Below, piece by piece: positions 36,683-46,437 of a DNA stretch of 64,000 bases (positions are counted from its first letter, which is position 1; the number at the start of each line of letters is the position of its first letter). Source of the DNA: Deinococcales bacterium. GTDB lineage: Bacteria; Deinococcota; Deinococci; Deinococcales; JAAFIG01. The stretch covers positions 7,192 through 71,191 of the forward strand of contig JAAFIG010000022.1 in the NCBI GenBank assembly GCA_013298595.1. Reading direction: 5' to 3'. A model generated the notes under the pieces. It had not been told where the DNA came from. It saw only the letters and a program-made list of their open reading frames with translations, and ran no database searches. A program made the position numbers and the translations under genes.

Positions 36683-37518
36683 GGAGTCACCAACCTTTCC
36701 ACCACACCAACCAACGCCACCAACGCAATCCCCAACGCCGCACTACCAAACATCACCAACCATAAACTCCGCGAATCCGAAGCCCTCGAGTTCTCCGACA
36801 ATAACCGCCCCAAACCAGCATCGGTAATCGTACTCGACTCCGAAACAATCGCCCCAATCAGCGCCGCTGTCATCGCAATTTTAAACGCCGTAAACAAAAA
36901 CGGCACACTGGCAGGAAACCGCAACTTGGCAAACATCTGCACCGAACTGGCGTTATACGTCCGCATCAAATCCACCTGCAACAAATCCGGACTTTTCAAA
37001 CCCTTCGCCACCCCAACCGCAATCGGAAAAAACGCAATATAGGCACTAATCAACACCTTCGGCAACAACCCCTGCACACCATTAGAACCAAGCACCACCG
37101 CCAACATCGGCGCAATCGCAATCACAGGCACCGTCTGTGAAGCCACCAACCAAGGCAACACCGCCCGCTCAAACGCCCTCGAGACAGTCAACAACACCGC
37201 CAAACCAAGCCCAACCACACCCGCTAACAACAAACCCAACACCGTTGCTAACGCCGTAAAAAAACCATGAAACGGAATCGAATTCGGATCAGTTAACGGA
37301 AAAAAAGCCTTAGGAAAATCCTCGAGCAACTGATTCGGCGCAGGAATCACAGGAGAACGCAAATTAAAGGCACAAGACAACGCCGAACCACACGGCAACT
37401 CCGCCCCGCGATCCAACAAACGCTGCGCCGACTGCGCATTCAAAAACACCATCAGCGGAAACGAAAGAACAACAACAACAAGAGCCACTGTTAACATAGG
37501 AATAAACGATTTATTCAT
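36664..37518 (-). CDS. ABC transporter permease (NitT/TauT family)
   Basis: The EAA-like loop reads AKGLKSPDLLQVDLMRTYNAS. I took the start at ATG 37518 (MNKSFIPML). Confidence 0.8.
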   Translation of the reverse strand: MNKSFIPMLTVALVVVVLSFPLMVFLNAQSAQRLLDRGAELPCGSALSCAFNLRSPVIPAPNQLLEDFPKAFFPLTDPNSIPFHGFFTALATVLGLLLAGVVGLGLAVLLTVSRAFERAVLPWLVASQTVPVIAIAPMLAVVLGSNGVQGLLPKVLISAYIAFFPIAVGVAKGLKSPDLLQVDLMRTYNASSVQMFAKLRFPASVPFLFTAFKIAMTAALIGAIVSESSTITDAGLGRLLSENSRASDSRSLWLVMFGSAALGIALVALVGVVERLVTPWRRVR

Positions 37519-37520
37519 GC

Positions 37521-38015
37521 GTGTACCTTCGAGGGAAATGTGGAAAAGATGTCGCTGCAAACCCTCTCCCCCAACCCCTCCCCCGCGCAGCGCGGGGGAG
37601 GGGCGTTCAAGCGAAGCGCGAACCGGGGAGAGGGTTGCCCGTCACGTATACTGAATTCGTGCCTAAGGCGTATCTGACAAGATTGGCTCGAGAGAATCGG
37701 CGAGCACAAACGCCTGCTGAGGCGATTTTGTGGGAAGCTTTGCGGCGCAAAAATTTTGCTGCTATCAAGTTCAAACGTCAGAAACCCATTGGGCGTTACA
37801 TCGCAGATTTTTGTGCGCCTAGTGCAAAATTGATTATTGAATTGGATGGCAGTGTGCACGATTCCACGGATGCTCGAGCTTATGATGCTGTGCGAACCAG
37901 TTTTCTCGAGGCGGCTGGGTATCGTGTGCTGCGTTTTGGTAATCAGGTTGTACTCGAGGATTTGGCTTCTGTGCTCGGGGTGATTGCTGGGGTTGTTCAT
38001 ACTTCTTCCTCGTAG
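37521..38015 (+). CDS. DUF559 (Vsr-fold, restriction-endonuclease-like) domain protein
   Basis: The sequence AQTPAEAILWEALRRKNFAAIKFKRQKPIGRYIADFCAPSAKLIIELDGSVHD...GYRVLRFGNQVV is the DUF559 pattern. The true start may be GTG 37659. The gene is antisense to, and wedged between, the ABC ATPase and permease genes, and overlaps the ATPase 3' end by 19 nt. Confidence 0.8.
   Translation: MYLRGKCGKDVAANPLPQPLPRAARGRGVQAKREPGRGLPVTYTEFVPKAYLTRLARENRRAQTPAEAILWEALRRKNFAAIKFKRQKPIGRYIADFCAPSAKLIIELDGSVHDSTDARAYDAVRTSFLEAAGYRVLRFGNQVVLEDLASVLGVIAGVVHTSSS
37562..37634. repeat. GC-rich nested palindrome at the 5' end of the DUF559 ORF
   Basis: The inner 14-bp arms are cccctcccccgcgc / gcgcgggggagggg (37575..37603). 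The outer arms are ccctctcccc (37562..37571) and ggggagaggg (37625..37634). Confidence 0.85.
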
Positions 38016-38812
38016 CCATGTCCGTGGCGGAGGCTTTCGCGGACTTCGGTAGCGATTTCAAAGAATCTTGGGGTTTCTCTGGTGTCGAAGTTGCGTGGTT
38101 GTGGTAAGTCTACGTTGATGATTTTTTCGATTTTTCCAGGGCGTGGTGTCATCACTACAATGCGAGTGGATAAAAACACAGCTTCGGGGATGCTGTGCGT
38201 AACAAAGATAATGGTTTTGCCTGTTTCGCGCCATAAGCGTAATAACTCGAGGTTGAGGTTTTCTCGAGTGATTTCGTCGAGAGCACCAAATGGTTCGTCC
38301 ATGAAAATCAGTTGTGGGTCAAACGCCAAGGCTCGAGCAATACTGGCGCGTTGTTGCATACCACCTGATAATTGCCACGGGTAATTACGAGCAAATTTTT
38401 CGAGTCCAACGAGTTTTAACATTTTTTCGGCTCGAGTGATGCGTTCTTCTTTGCTAAATCCCATGATCTCGAGGGGCAGCATGACGTTTTGTTGTACGGT
38501 ACGCCAGTCGAATAGCGCTGGGGCTTGGAAAACATAGCCGTAAGCTCGAGATTCTCTGGCTTGTTGCGGGGTTTTCCCACCAATCAGCAAAGACCCTTTG
38601 CTTGGTTGGATTAAATCGGCAAGTAAGCGTAACAGCGTGGTTTTGCCACAACCCGAAGGTCCGATCAGACTGATAAATTCGCCTGTGCCAATTTCGAGAT
38701 TAGCGTCTTTTAAAGCGATGGTCTCGAGGGCTTGTCCGCGTGAATCCTTGGTTTTGTAGATCATGCTGACATCTTGAACAGATACCAACAGAGATGATGT
38801 TTGAAGTGCCAT
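37997..38812 (-). CDS. ABC transporter ATP-binding protein (NitT/TauT family)
   Basis: It has Walker A (GPSGCGKTT), the signature LSGGMQQR, and Walker B (LIFMDEPFGALD). Confidence 0.9.
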   Translation of the reverse strand: MALQTSSLLVSVQDVSMIYKTKDSRGQALETIALKDANLEIGTGEFISLIGPSGCGKTTLLRLLADLIQPSKGSLLIGGKTPQQARESRAYGYVFQAPALFDWRTVQQNVMLPLEIMGFSKEERITRAEKMLKLVGLEKFARNYPWQLSGGMQQRASIARALAFDPQLIFMDEPFGALDEITRENLNLELLRLWRETGKTIIFVTHSIPEAVFLSTRIVVMTPRPGKIEKIINVDLPQPRNFDTRETPRFFEIATEVRESLRHGHGYEEEV

Positions 38813-38867
38813 GCAAGAACATACCAAGTTTTGACGCACTACGGCAAAGGGGTGGCAGAAAGCAATC

Positions 38868-38892
38868 GTAAGGGCGAACCTTGTGTTCGCCC
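38868..38892 (+). repeat. REP-like hairpin gtaagggcgaaccttgtgttcgccc, followed by TCTTGAC
   Basis: It has an 8-bp stem (GGGCGAAC/GTTCGCCC) with loop CTTGT. It belongs to the same family as the copies at 4448, 4491, 61713 and 61769. Confidence 0.75.
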
Positions 38893-38932
38893 TCTTGACA
38901 AAAAACGTTTTAGGATTTTCTCGAGAAAGTAA

Positions 38933-40243
38933 TTATCTAAACTTTAACGCATTAATTTTCGCTGCGATACAACGTCCCTGCTCGAGTCCTCGAGTGACTG
39001 CAGTTCGGTAATGAATACCGCCGTAAAGTCTCGAGATACCGGCTTCTTCAGCAGCCGCGTTGAACGATACAAATTTGCGAGCTGCCAGTCCGTTATTGCT
39101 GCCTGTGGTGTCGGTAAAGGCATAATTTTCGCCTAGCATGGCGGTAAGAACACCTGCTGCAGCTCCGCTTTGGGTGCTGTGTCCACTTGGGTATTCTGGG
39201 AATGGTGGCACGGGCAAAATGGCTTCCCATGCTGGGTCTATGTGCCGCCTGATATAAGTGATTGGGCGTAACAAATTGTATTGGTATTTGGTTTGCCAGC
39301 AACCAATAAACGCATCGTTGACGGCTAAGCCAACTCGGGTTTGGCTTTCGACAAATTGCTCGAGTTGCCAATTTTTTTCTAAAGCTAAATTGAGCACAAT
39401 GTTAATCCAATGTCCGGGTGGGGTGACTGTCAGCATTGGGTCGTCCGACCAGAAACGAGCAATTTGTTTTTGTTCTGGACTGATATTTTTAACGGTTTCG
39501 TAAACCTCGAGTGCTTCTTTGTAAAAAGCGGATGCTTTGTCGCTCGAGTAGACCAATGGAGCAGGTAAAGCGCATCCGTTACTGGTTTTCATGACCAACG
39601 GACGATTCTGCCCCCAATTTGGCAGCAATGGTGTTTGTTGCATGCCTAGGGCAGCAGTAGGAATCCAATCTTGTGGGTTGCTGGCTTTAGGGTAGGTGAG
39701 TGGAAAGCCCAAATTCGAGATGCTGGCTCCGCCATCAGTTGCGGCAAACGCCAGTATTTCGGTTGCCACTTTGCGCCCATACATAAGACTTCGTTCGAGT
39801 ATATCGGCTTTAATCTGACTCGAGAGTTCAGTACTTAATTTGTTGTTGAGACTAATAAAAACCCGTTGACCTGTTGGTCCTGTGTTGCCATACAGCTTTT
39901 CGATAGCACTCGAGAAAGCGCCATGTAACACAGCAGCAGTGCTATATTGCAGTTTTGCATCTACTTGGCTGACAGCTTGAAAACCATTGAGTTGCCCTGC
40001 CATTGAACGCAGTGTTTTACGTTGTGAAGCAACCGTTTCTTGGGCAATCAAACCAATATAAGCAAAGGTTCGAGCTGCCACTGGCGGCGAGTACGTGGCT
40101 GTGTGCCGCGTTAAATTCAGCATTAAGTTGTACCACTGAGTTGCAACTTGCATCTCGAGTGATCTTGTGGTTTGTGCGCCACCCACACTGAATAGCGCAG
40201 CACTCGAGACGAAAATAATCAGTAACACGCCATAACGTTTCAT
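38933..40243 (-). CDS. Secreted vanadium-haloperoxidase-like / PAP2-superfamily protein
   Basis: The PAP2 motifs appear in order: KYQYNLLRP, PEYPSGHS and SRLYGGIHYRTAV. It has a signal peptide. Confidence 0.7.
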   Translation of the reverse strand: MKRYGVLLIIFVSSAALFSVGGAQTTRSLEMQVATQWYNLMLNLTRHTATYSPPVAARTFAYIGLIAQETVASQRKTLRSMAGQLNGFQAVSQVDAKLQYSTAAVLHGAFSSAIEKLYGNTGPTGQRVFISLNNKLSTELSSQIKADILERSLMYGRKVATEILAFAATDGGASISNLGFPLTYPKASNPQDWIPTAALGMQQTPLLPNWGQNRPLVMKTSNGCALPAPLVYSSDKASAFYKEALEVYETVKNISPEQKQIARFWSDDPMLTVTPPGHWINIVLNLALEKNWQLEQFVESQTRVGLAVNDAFIGCWQTKYQYNLLRPITYIRRHIDPAWEAILPVPPFPEYPSGHSTQSGAAAGVLTAMLGENYAFTDTTGSNNGLAARKFVSFNAAAEEAGISRLYGGIHYRTAVTRGLEQGRCIAAKINALKFR

Positions 40244-40252
40244 TTGGTTTCC

Positions 40253-41305
40253 TTATTGGCAAATTGGAACAATTTTACGATCCACACCTTCGCATAAAAC
40301 TTCTTTAGAAATCCATTTGGCATCTATTACCACTTTTAAATTGCTACGTGTGATCGGTACTGGTTTAATAAAAATAGAATTCATTCGCACTTTTTTGGGT
40401 CCTTTACTAAAAATAGCACGACCTGCAATTTTATCCATTGTCACACCTTTAGCCAATTGCAATGCCACCTGAGCTGCTTTTGTACCAAGGGTACGCGCAT
40501 CTTTCCAAACTGAAACAGTTTGCGTCCCTCGAGCCACTCGGTTCAGCGCAGCTAAGTCACCATCTTGTCCTGAAACTGCAACTCTACCAGCTAATTTCAC
40601 AGCAGCTAATGCAGCAACAGCACCACCTGCCATACCATCGTTGCTGGCAACGACAGCATCTACTTTGTTTGCATTACGAGTCAGAAATTGCTCCATGATG
40701 CGTTGAGCATTTTCGGGTTTCCAACTTTCAGTAAATTGCTCACCTACAACTTTGATATCACCACGTTTAATAGCAGGATTTAACACCTCGAGTTGACCAT
40801 TATGTAAAAACACACTATTGGGATCGCCTGGATCACCTTTAATGAACACATAATTGCCCTTAGGTTTTACCTTGAAAACTTCTCGAGCTTGCATCCTACC
40901 AACTTCGACATTATCAAAAGTCATATAAAAAACACTGGGTTCTTCGATTAAACGATCATACGCAATCACAGGTATTTTGGCTTTTTTAGCTTTAGCAATA
41001 GCTGGTAAAATGGCATCTTTATCCATTGCTAAAATAATTATGGCTTTTACCCCTCGAGAAATTAAATTATCAATATCATTTAATTGTTTTTCACTCGAGG
41101 CTTGTGCATCAGTGCTTGTCATGTCAGCATTACCAAAAGCAAACACTTGTCCCATTGCAGATTCATCGGTACGCCAACGTTCTTCTTGGAAATTACTCCA
41201 ACTGACCCCAATAATTATTTTACTTTGTTGTGCTTGCCCAATGACTAAGCTCGAGCAGGTCGCAAGTACTGTGATGCCAAGAATCGTTTTCCAGTACTTC
41301 ATCAT
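40253..41305 (-). CDS. Sugar ABC transporter substrate-binding protein (XylF-like), second copy
   Basis: The sequence [22 protein letters not shown]... shows high similarity to 43546..44604. I took the start at ATG 41305, after AAGGAGTGAA. Confidence 0.8.
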   Translation of the reverse strand: MMKYWKTILGITVLATCSSLVIGQAQQSKIIIGVSWSNFQEERWRTDESAMGQVFAFGNADMTSTDAQASSEKQLNDIDNLISRGVKAIIILAMDKDAILPAIAKAKKAKIPVIAYDRLIEEPSVFYMTFDNVEVGRMQAREVFKVKPKGNYVFIKGDPGDPNSVFLHNGQLEVLNPAIKRGDIKVVGEQFTESWKPENAQRIMEQFLTRNANKVDAVVASNDGMAGGAVAALAAVKLAGRVAVSGQDGDLAALNRVARGTQTVSVWKDARTLGTKAAQVALQLAKGVTMDKIAGRAIFSKGPKKVRMNSIFIKPVPITRSNLKVVIDAKWISKEVLCEGVDRKIVPICQ

Positions 41306-41408
41306 TTCACTCCTTTTGACATCTGCCAATACATCAGAACTTTGTGTGCTGATACATATCGCCATAAAAAACTTGCGATAATTTCGATAACCCAAGTATG
41401 GCAAAAAA

Positions 41409-41456
41409 ATTGTCAATGCAGTGTAAAAATCAGACATTTACCATTGCACTGACAAT
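41409..41456. promoter_or_regulatory. Imperfect 15-bp inverted repeat inside the sugar ABC operon
   Basis: The arms are attgtcaatgcagtg and cattgcactgacaat, with 2 mismatches. It lies between the ATPase stop (41467) and the second binding-protein gene. Confidence 0.3.
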
Positions 41457-41466
41457 AGTTATACTT

Positions 41467-42219
41467 TTATGTTGCATTGGGGACATTAGGCATGACACCA
41501 CCGATAATCATGCCAAGCACTTGGTCATGGTTGACATCTTTGGTGTTGACTGTACCAACCACTTTGCCGTTCTTCATGACGGTACAACGGTCAGCTAAGT
41601 CAAAAACATCGTGTAAATCGTGACTAATTAAAAAAATGCCTACACCTTCAGCTTTGAGGGCAGCTATTAATTCAGATACTTTAGCAGTTTCTTCTGGTCC
41701 TAAGGCGGCTGTAGGTTCATCCATAATCAGCACTTTGGCTTTGAAATACACTGCCCTTGCAATTGCCACGGTTTGTCGTTGACCACCGCTCATATTTTGC
41801 ACAGGTACGCGTAAACTCGGGATTTTGACTCGTAATCTGTCTAGTACTTTACGAGCTTCGATTTCCATTTCGTCTTCGGATAAAACAATGCCATTGACTT
41901 TTTCGCGCCCAAGAAAAACATTTGCCACAGCATCCAAATTATCTGCTAAAGCCAGTGTTTGATAAATGGTTTCGACACCGTGGCGCTGAGAATCCTGAGG
42001 GCTACGAATTTCGACTTCTTGTCCAGCAATTTTAATGCTGCCAGAATCGGCTTGGTACGCTCCAGAAAGCACTTTGATCAGTGTGCTTTTGCCAGCACCA
42101 TTATGCCCAAGTAAACCCACCACTTCGCCTGGTCGTAGATTCACCGAAACATCATCCAGTGCTTGGTTACCACCGAAACGCAAGGAAATATTGTTCATTT
42201 CGATAATTGGAGTAGTCAT
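41467..42219 (-). CDS. Sugar ABC transporter ATP-binding protein (single NBD, 250 aa)
   Basis: It has Walker A (GHNGAGKST), the signature MSGGQRQ, and Walker B ([11 protein letters not shown]). Confidence 0.9.
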   Translation of the reverse strand: MTTPIIEMNNISLRFGGNQALDDVSVNLRPGEVVGLLGHNGAGKSTLIKVLSGAYQADSGSIKIAGQEVEIRSPQDSQRHGVETIYQTLALADNLDAVANVFLGREKVNGIVLSEDEMEIEARKVLDRLRVKIPSLRVPVQNMSGGQRQTVAIARAVYFKAKVLIMDEPTAALGPEETAKVSELIAALKAEGVGIFLISHDLHDVFDLADRCTVMKNGKVVGTVNTKDVNHDQVLGMIIGGVMPNVPNAT

Positions 42220-43457
42220 TAACGACCTCCTTTACGACGATTACTAATCGAATTCCACAGCACAGCCAGCAGCAACACAATGCCTAAATAAATTTTTTGT
42301 TGCTCGGTTCGTACACCCACCAAACCAAGTCCGTTCTCGAGGCTACTCATCAGTAGTGCTCCAAGGGCAGCGCCAAGAATTGTGCCACTACCGCCCGATA
42401 GAACTGTCCCACCAATTACTGCTCCTGCAATAACTGTCAGCTCGAGATCACGTCCTAAGGTTGGTGTGGCGCTGTTTAAACGTGCGGCTTGCACTGCGCC
42501 TGCAATAGCAGTTAAAAACCCCATCAGCATGAAAATGTAAACCATCATGCGTTTAACGTTAATACCAGCGAGGTTTGCCGCTTCTGGGTTACCACCAATA
42601 GCAAAAATGTAACGCCCAAAGCGTGTGGCTCGAGTCATCCAATTTAAGTAACCAAGTACAGCCAGTGCAATTAAGGTTGGTACGGGCATACCACTGGCAA
42701 CAGCTGGAATGTTGTCCACACCTGTTCCAGGGACGTTGTAACTGTTCATGACGATCACAAATGCCAGAATCAGCACTGTGGTCACACCAAGTACTAAAGC
42801 TTCTGCCCAAACGGGTCGAACTGAAAATTCGTTTCGTTGCCGTCTGACCCGTCCAGTGAGGGTTTGCCAAACAACAAAAGCAATAATTGCCAGCCCAATA
42901 ATCCATGTCCAAGTGGCACCAATTGAACCGTTAATACCACCACCCAGAATTTGAAAGGTTTCGTCGAGTGGTCCAATGGTAAAACTCGAGACACTAAATG
43001 TGCCGTTGCGAAATACCAGCATTCCTGCCAATGTGACCACAAAGGCGGGTACGCCCCAAAACGCAGATAAGTACCCGTTAAAAGCACCAATCAGTACGCC
43101 AACAGCAATACCAATCAGCACTGCTAGAATCCAGTTTAAGCCTGCACCTATTGGTGGTGGGGCTTGTAACAACGCCATAATCATGGCAGTAAAACCCAGC
43201 ACACTACCAACACCAAGGTCTATTTGTCTGGCAACAATCACCAGCACCATACCACCAACCATGATGCCAACCACTGCGGTTTGTGCGGTTAAAGTCCAAA
43301 GGTTACGTGGTGATAAAAAAATGCCACCACTCCAAATTTGAAAACCAATCCAAACGACCACCAAAGCCAACAGCAACGTTAAGAGTTGATTATCTACTCC
43401 TAAGGCTGCCAGTAACGAGCGTCGCTCGGGTGGGCGATTTTTTTCTGCGTTCTGCAT
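42219..43457 (-). CDS. Sugar ABC transporter permease (XylH-like)
   Basis: It has about 10-12 TM helices and is of the BPD_transp_2 type ([27 protein letters not shown]). Confidence 0.85.
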   Translation of the reverse strand: MQNAEKNRPPERRSLLAALGVDNQLLTLLLALVVVWIGFQIWSGGIFLSPRNLWTLTAQTAVVGIMVGGMVLVIVARQIDLGVGSVLGFTAMIMALLQAPPPIGAGLNWILAVLIGIAVGVLIGAFNGYLSAFWGVPAFVVTLAGMLVFRNGTFSVSSFTIGPLDETFQILGGGINGSIGATWTWIIGLAIIAFVVWQTLTGRVRRQRNEFSVRPVWAEALVLGVTTVLILAFVIVMNSYNVPGTGVDNIPAVASGMPVPTLIALAVLGYLNWMTRATRFGRYIFAIGGNPEAANLAGINVKRMMVYIFMLMGFLTAIAGAVQAARLNSATPTLGRDLELTVIAGAVIGGTVLSGGSGTILGAALGALLMSSLENGLGLVGVRTEQQKIYLGIVLLLAVLWNSISNRRKGGR

Positions 43458-43489
43458 AAAAACCTCGAGGGAAACTTGCTATGAGTTGT

Positions 43490-43533
43490 TTCAATTAAAA
43501 CAGGCGGATACGCTACTCTCAGCGTATCCGCCC
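43490..43533 (-). terminator. Intra-operon hairpin / partial terminator after the first binding-protein gene
   Basis: On the minus strand, the 12-bp stem GGCGGATACGCT..AGCGTATCCGCC is followed by TGTTTTAATT. Confidence 0.55.
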
Positions 43534-43545
43534 GCAGCTTTTAGC

Positions 43546-44604
43546 TTACTTGCAAACTGGTACGAGGACTTTATTAACGCCTTTGCACAAAACGTCTTTT
43601 TTGATCCAACCAGCGTCAAGAACCAAATTGAGGTTCTTACGGGTAATGCCGACTGGTGCAAGAAGTGTCGAGTTCATAGCGACTTTCTTTGGACCATCTT
43701 TAAAGATTTTGGTGCCTTTGATGGCGCTGAGGGCTGTACCTTTAGCCAGTTGCAATGCAATATCGCCTGCGGCTTTACCTAAAGCGCGTGAATCTTTCCA
43801 GACCGAAACGGTTTGGGTTCCAAGGGCAACACGGTTAAGTGCGCCAAGGTCGCCATCTTGACCTGAAACAGCAACTTTACCAGCCAATTTAACAGCAGCT
43901 AATGCAGCAATCGCGCCACCTGCCATACCATCGTTGCTGCTCATGACTGCATCAACTTTGTTGTTGATACGGGTCAGAATTTGTTCCATGTTGCGTTGTG
44001 CATTTTCTGGCTTCCAGCCTTCGGTAGCTTGTTCGCCAACAACTTTGATTTTGCCACTCTTGATGCTTGGCTCGAGGATTTCGCGTTGACCACCGTAAAC
44101 AAAGCCTGCATTGGCATCGCCTGGGTCACCACGAATGAATACGAAATCGCCTTTTGGTTTGACCTTGAGTACTTCTCGAGCCATAATACGTCCAACTTCG
44201 ACGTTATCGAATGTCAAGTAGTAAGCGTAGTTATCTTCAACCAAACGGTCGTAAGCAAGGACTGGGATTTTTGCGGCTTTGGCAGCAGCGATAGCTGGTC
44301 CGATTGCGTCTTTGTCTTGGGCAAGCAAAATAATGGCTTTTGCACCTTTGGAAATCAGAGTGTTGACATCGTTAATTTGCTTTTCAGCGCTGGATTGAGC
44401 GTCGGTGCTGGCATATTCTGCGCCAGCAGCTTCGAGAGCGCCTTTAATGGCAGCTTCGTCTGTCTTCCAGCGTTCTTCTTGAAAGTTTGACCAGCTTACG
44501 CCAACCACAACTTTATCCATTGTTTGAGCTGTTGCGCCGAGGTACACACCACCAAGTAAACCGAGTGACAGTGCGCCGATTGCTCCTAGTTGCCATTTTT
44601 TCAT
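43546..44604 (-). CDS. Sugar ABC transporter substrate-binding protein (XylF-like)
   Basis: It has a signal peptide and the XylF-like block [29 protein letters not shown]. Confidence 0.85.
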   Translation of the reverse strand: MKKWQLGAIGALSLGLLGGVYLGATAQTMDKVVVGVSWSNFQEERWKTDEAAIKGALEAAGAEYASTDAQSSAEKQINDVNTLISKGAKAIILLAQDKDAIGPAIAAAKAAKIPVLAYDRLVEDNYAYYLTFDNVEVGRIMAREVLKVKPKGDFVFIRGDPGDANAGFVYGGQREILEPSIKSGKIKVVGEQATEGWKPENAQRNMEQILTRINNKVDAVMSSNDGMAGGAIAALAAVKLAGKVAVSGQDGDLGALNRVALGTQTVSVWKDSRALGKAAGDIALQLAKGTALSAIKGTKIFKDGPKKVAMNSTLLAPVGITRKNLNLVLDAGWIKKDVLCKGVNKVLVPVCK

Positions 44605-45095
44605 ACAACCTCCTCAGGTTGAAAAACACTTCCTTCGATAACGATAAAGCCGTGACCTCGAAACTCGAGGAAAACACAGAAGCTGTTGCAGGAAGCCCTG
44701 AGAGTATACCCGATTTAGGGTAGCCTTTGGATTAGTTCCGTTGCAGCTTGGTGTTTTGAATTCATTCGTTTGTCGAACAAAACAAAGGTAACTCAAGGAT
44801 TAAAGCCTTGTCAAGTCAGTTAAAAAATAAAAGCGGTTACAGCATATAACTCGAGTCTAAAAAGCTAAACTTTTATTGGGATATTAGATTTCAAGTTGCA
44901 ATAAATTATTTTCTGTACGAATTTTTCATTTTTTTATAGTATTGGTGGCGTACCCACCCCGCAGTGTACTACCAGAAAATCTGTGACCGCTCTTTAGGGC
45001 TTGCTCAAAACTTCATCATCAGGTATATTTAATTCAATCAACGAATCAAATAATCACCGATTCCTCAGTAGCTCGAGGGTGAAAACAGGAGCATC

Positions 45096-46289
45096 ATGCG
45101 TGGTATCGCTGGCGAAAAAACATTACTGAAACGTCTCAACCGCGCAGCCACACTGCGTTTAGTCTGGCAAGAACCAGGAATTTCCCGCAGCGCCCTCGCT
45201 GAACGCATAGGTATTACAAAAAGTACTGTTTCGCAAAGCGTTGCTGAACTCGAAGCCGAAGGTTGGCTCGAGAGTGGTAACAACGACCTCAGCACCGCCC
45301 CCGGCAGACCTTCCATTCCTTTAAAACTCAACCATCAAAACTTTGCTTTAATAGGTGCAGAAATCCGCGTGAAAGATATCAACGTTGTTGCAGTAGACGC
45401 ATATGGCACAGTCTTAGCCCAAGTGCAACAGCATGGCGATTACCGCAATGTCTCACAGGCTTTGGATCATCTCGAGCAAAGTATTCGCAGTATTCTTGTA
45501 CACCCTCATCTCGAGCAACGCCGAGTGCTTGGCGTTGGTATTGGCGCTCCAGGACCTGTGGATACTGCTCAAGGCTTAGTGCTACACGCTCCAAATTTAG
45601 GTTGGAAACGAATTGCGCTGCACACCATGATTCTCGAGCGATTACCTGATTTACCAAATTTACATGTGGATAACGATGCTAATTTTGCTGTGTTTGCCGA
45701 ATACATGTTTGGACAGTACAAACAAAGCGCCGATTTAATGTACTTGTATATCGAAACAGGTATTGGTGGTGGTTTGATCCTTGGGCATCAATTACACCGA
45801 GGCAGACGTGGTTTTGCAGGTGAAATCGGACATATGACGATTTTACCCAATGGTTCACGTTGCTCTTGTGGCAACCAAGGTTGCGCCGAGACACTGTTCA
45901 GCACTTGGGCATTACTCGAGAGTTACCAAAAAGAAACCAATCAAACCATCAATATCGAAACATTCCTCGAGAAACTACGTGCCCAAGACCCAGTTGTGAA
46001 ACGCATTGTGCATAAAGCAGGTATGTACCTTGGTATTTTTCTTGGCAGCTTAGCCAACGTCTTTGATCCAAAACTGATGATTATTGGTGGTTCTTTCGCG
46101 CAATTAGGTAACAACATCCTCGAGCCAGCCGAAAAAGAAATTCATAAACGCCTCTTTGGTGATGAATTCCGTAGTATTGCCCTCGAGACCTGTGTTTTTG
46201 GCACCAATGCCAGTGCTATAGGGGCAGCCGGTTTTGTCTGGCACGACATTTTACAAAATACCGAAGAGTTACCAGCGTTGAAACACTAA
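45096..46289 (+). CDS. ROK-family transcriptional regulator (XylR-like)
   Basis: The N-terminal wHTH reads ISRSALAERIGITKSTVSQSVAELEAEGWL. ROK motifs are GIGAPGPVD and the zinc motif CSCGNQGCAE. The gene is divergent from the sugar ABC operon. Confidence 0.9.
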   Translation: MRGIAGEKTLLKRLNRAATLRLVWQEPGISRSALAERIGITKSTVSQSVAELEAEGWLESGNNDLSTAPGRPSIPLKLNHQNFALIGAEIRVKDINVVAVDAYGTVLAQVQQHGDYRNVSQALDHLEQSIRSILVHPHLEQRRVLGVGIGAPGPVDTAQGLVLHAPNLGWKRIALHTMILERLPDLPNLHVDNDANFAVFAEYMFGQYKQSADLMYLYIETGIGGGLILGHQLHRGRRGFAGEIGHMTILPNGSRCSCGNQGCAETLFSTWALLESYQKETNQTINIETFLEKLRAQDPVVKRIVHKAGMYLGIFLGSLANVFDPKLMIIGGSFAQLGNNILEPAEKEIHKRLFGDEFRSIALETCVFGTNASAIGAAGFVWHDILQNTEELPALKH

Positions 46290-46437
46290 ACAGCAAGGTC
46301 AAAGCTTAGAAACATTTGATATTTTTGTTGTCCAACCGCTTTGCGTCCCTAGGTTATGCCTCTATATCTTGTATGAAAACCTTGATAAACCCTATTTCTG
46401 GTGGATTTGCTGAATCTGGAGTAGACTAAGCGCAATT

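Noticed and set aside
36103-36827. 220-aa and 127-aa plus-strand ORFs.
   Set aside because: They are antisense to the two ABC permease genes and have Pro/Thr/Gln/His low-complexity composition. They are shadow ORFs.
44769-44781. TTTGTCGAACAAA as the ROK/XylR operator in the divergent sugar-operon promoter.
   Set aside because: The arms are only 5 bp long in a long AT-rich spacer. That is too short to distinguish from chance without comparative data.
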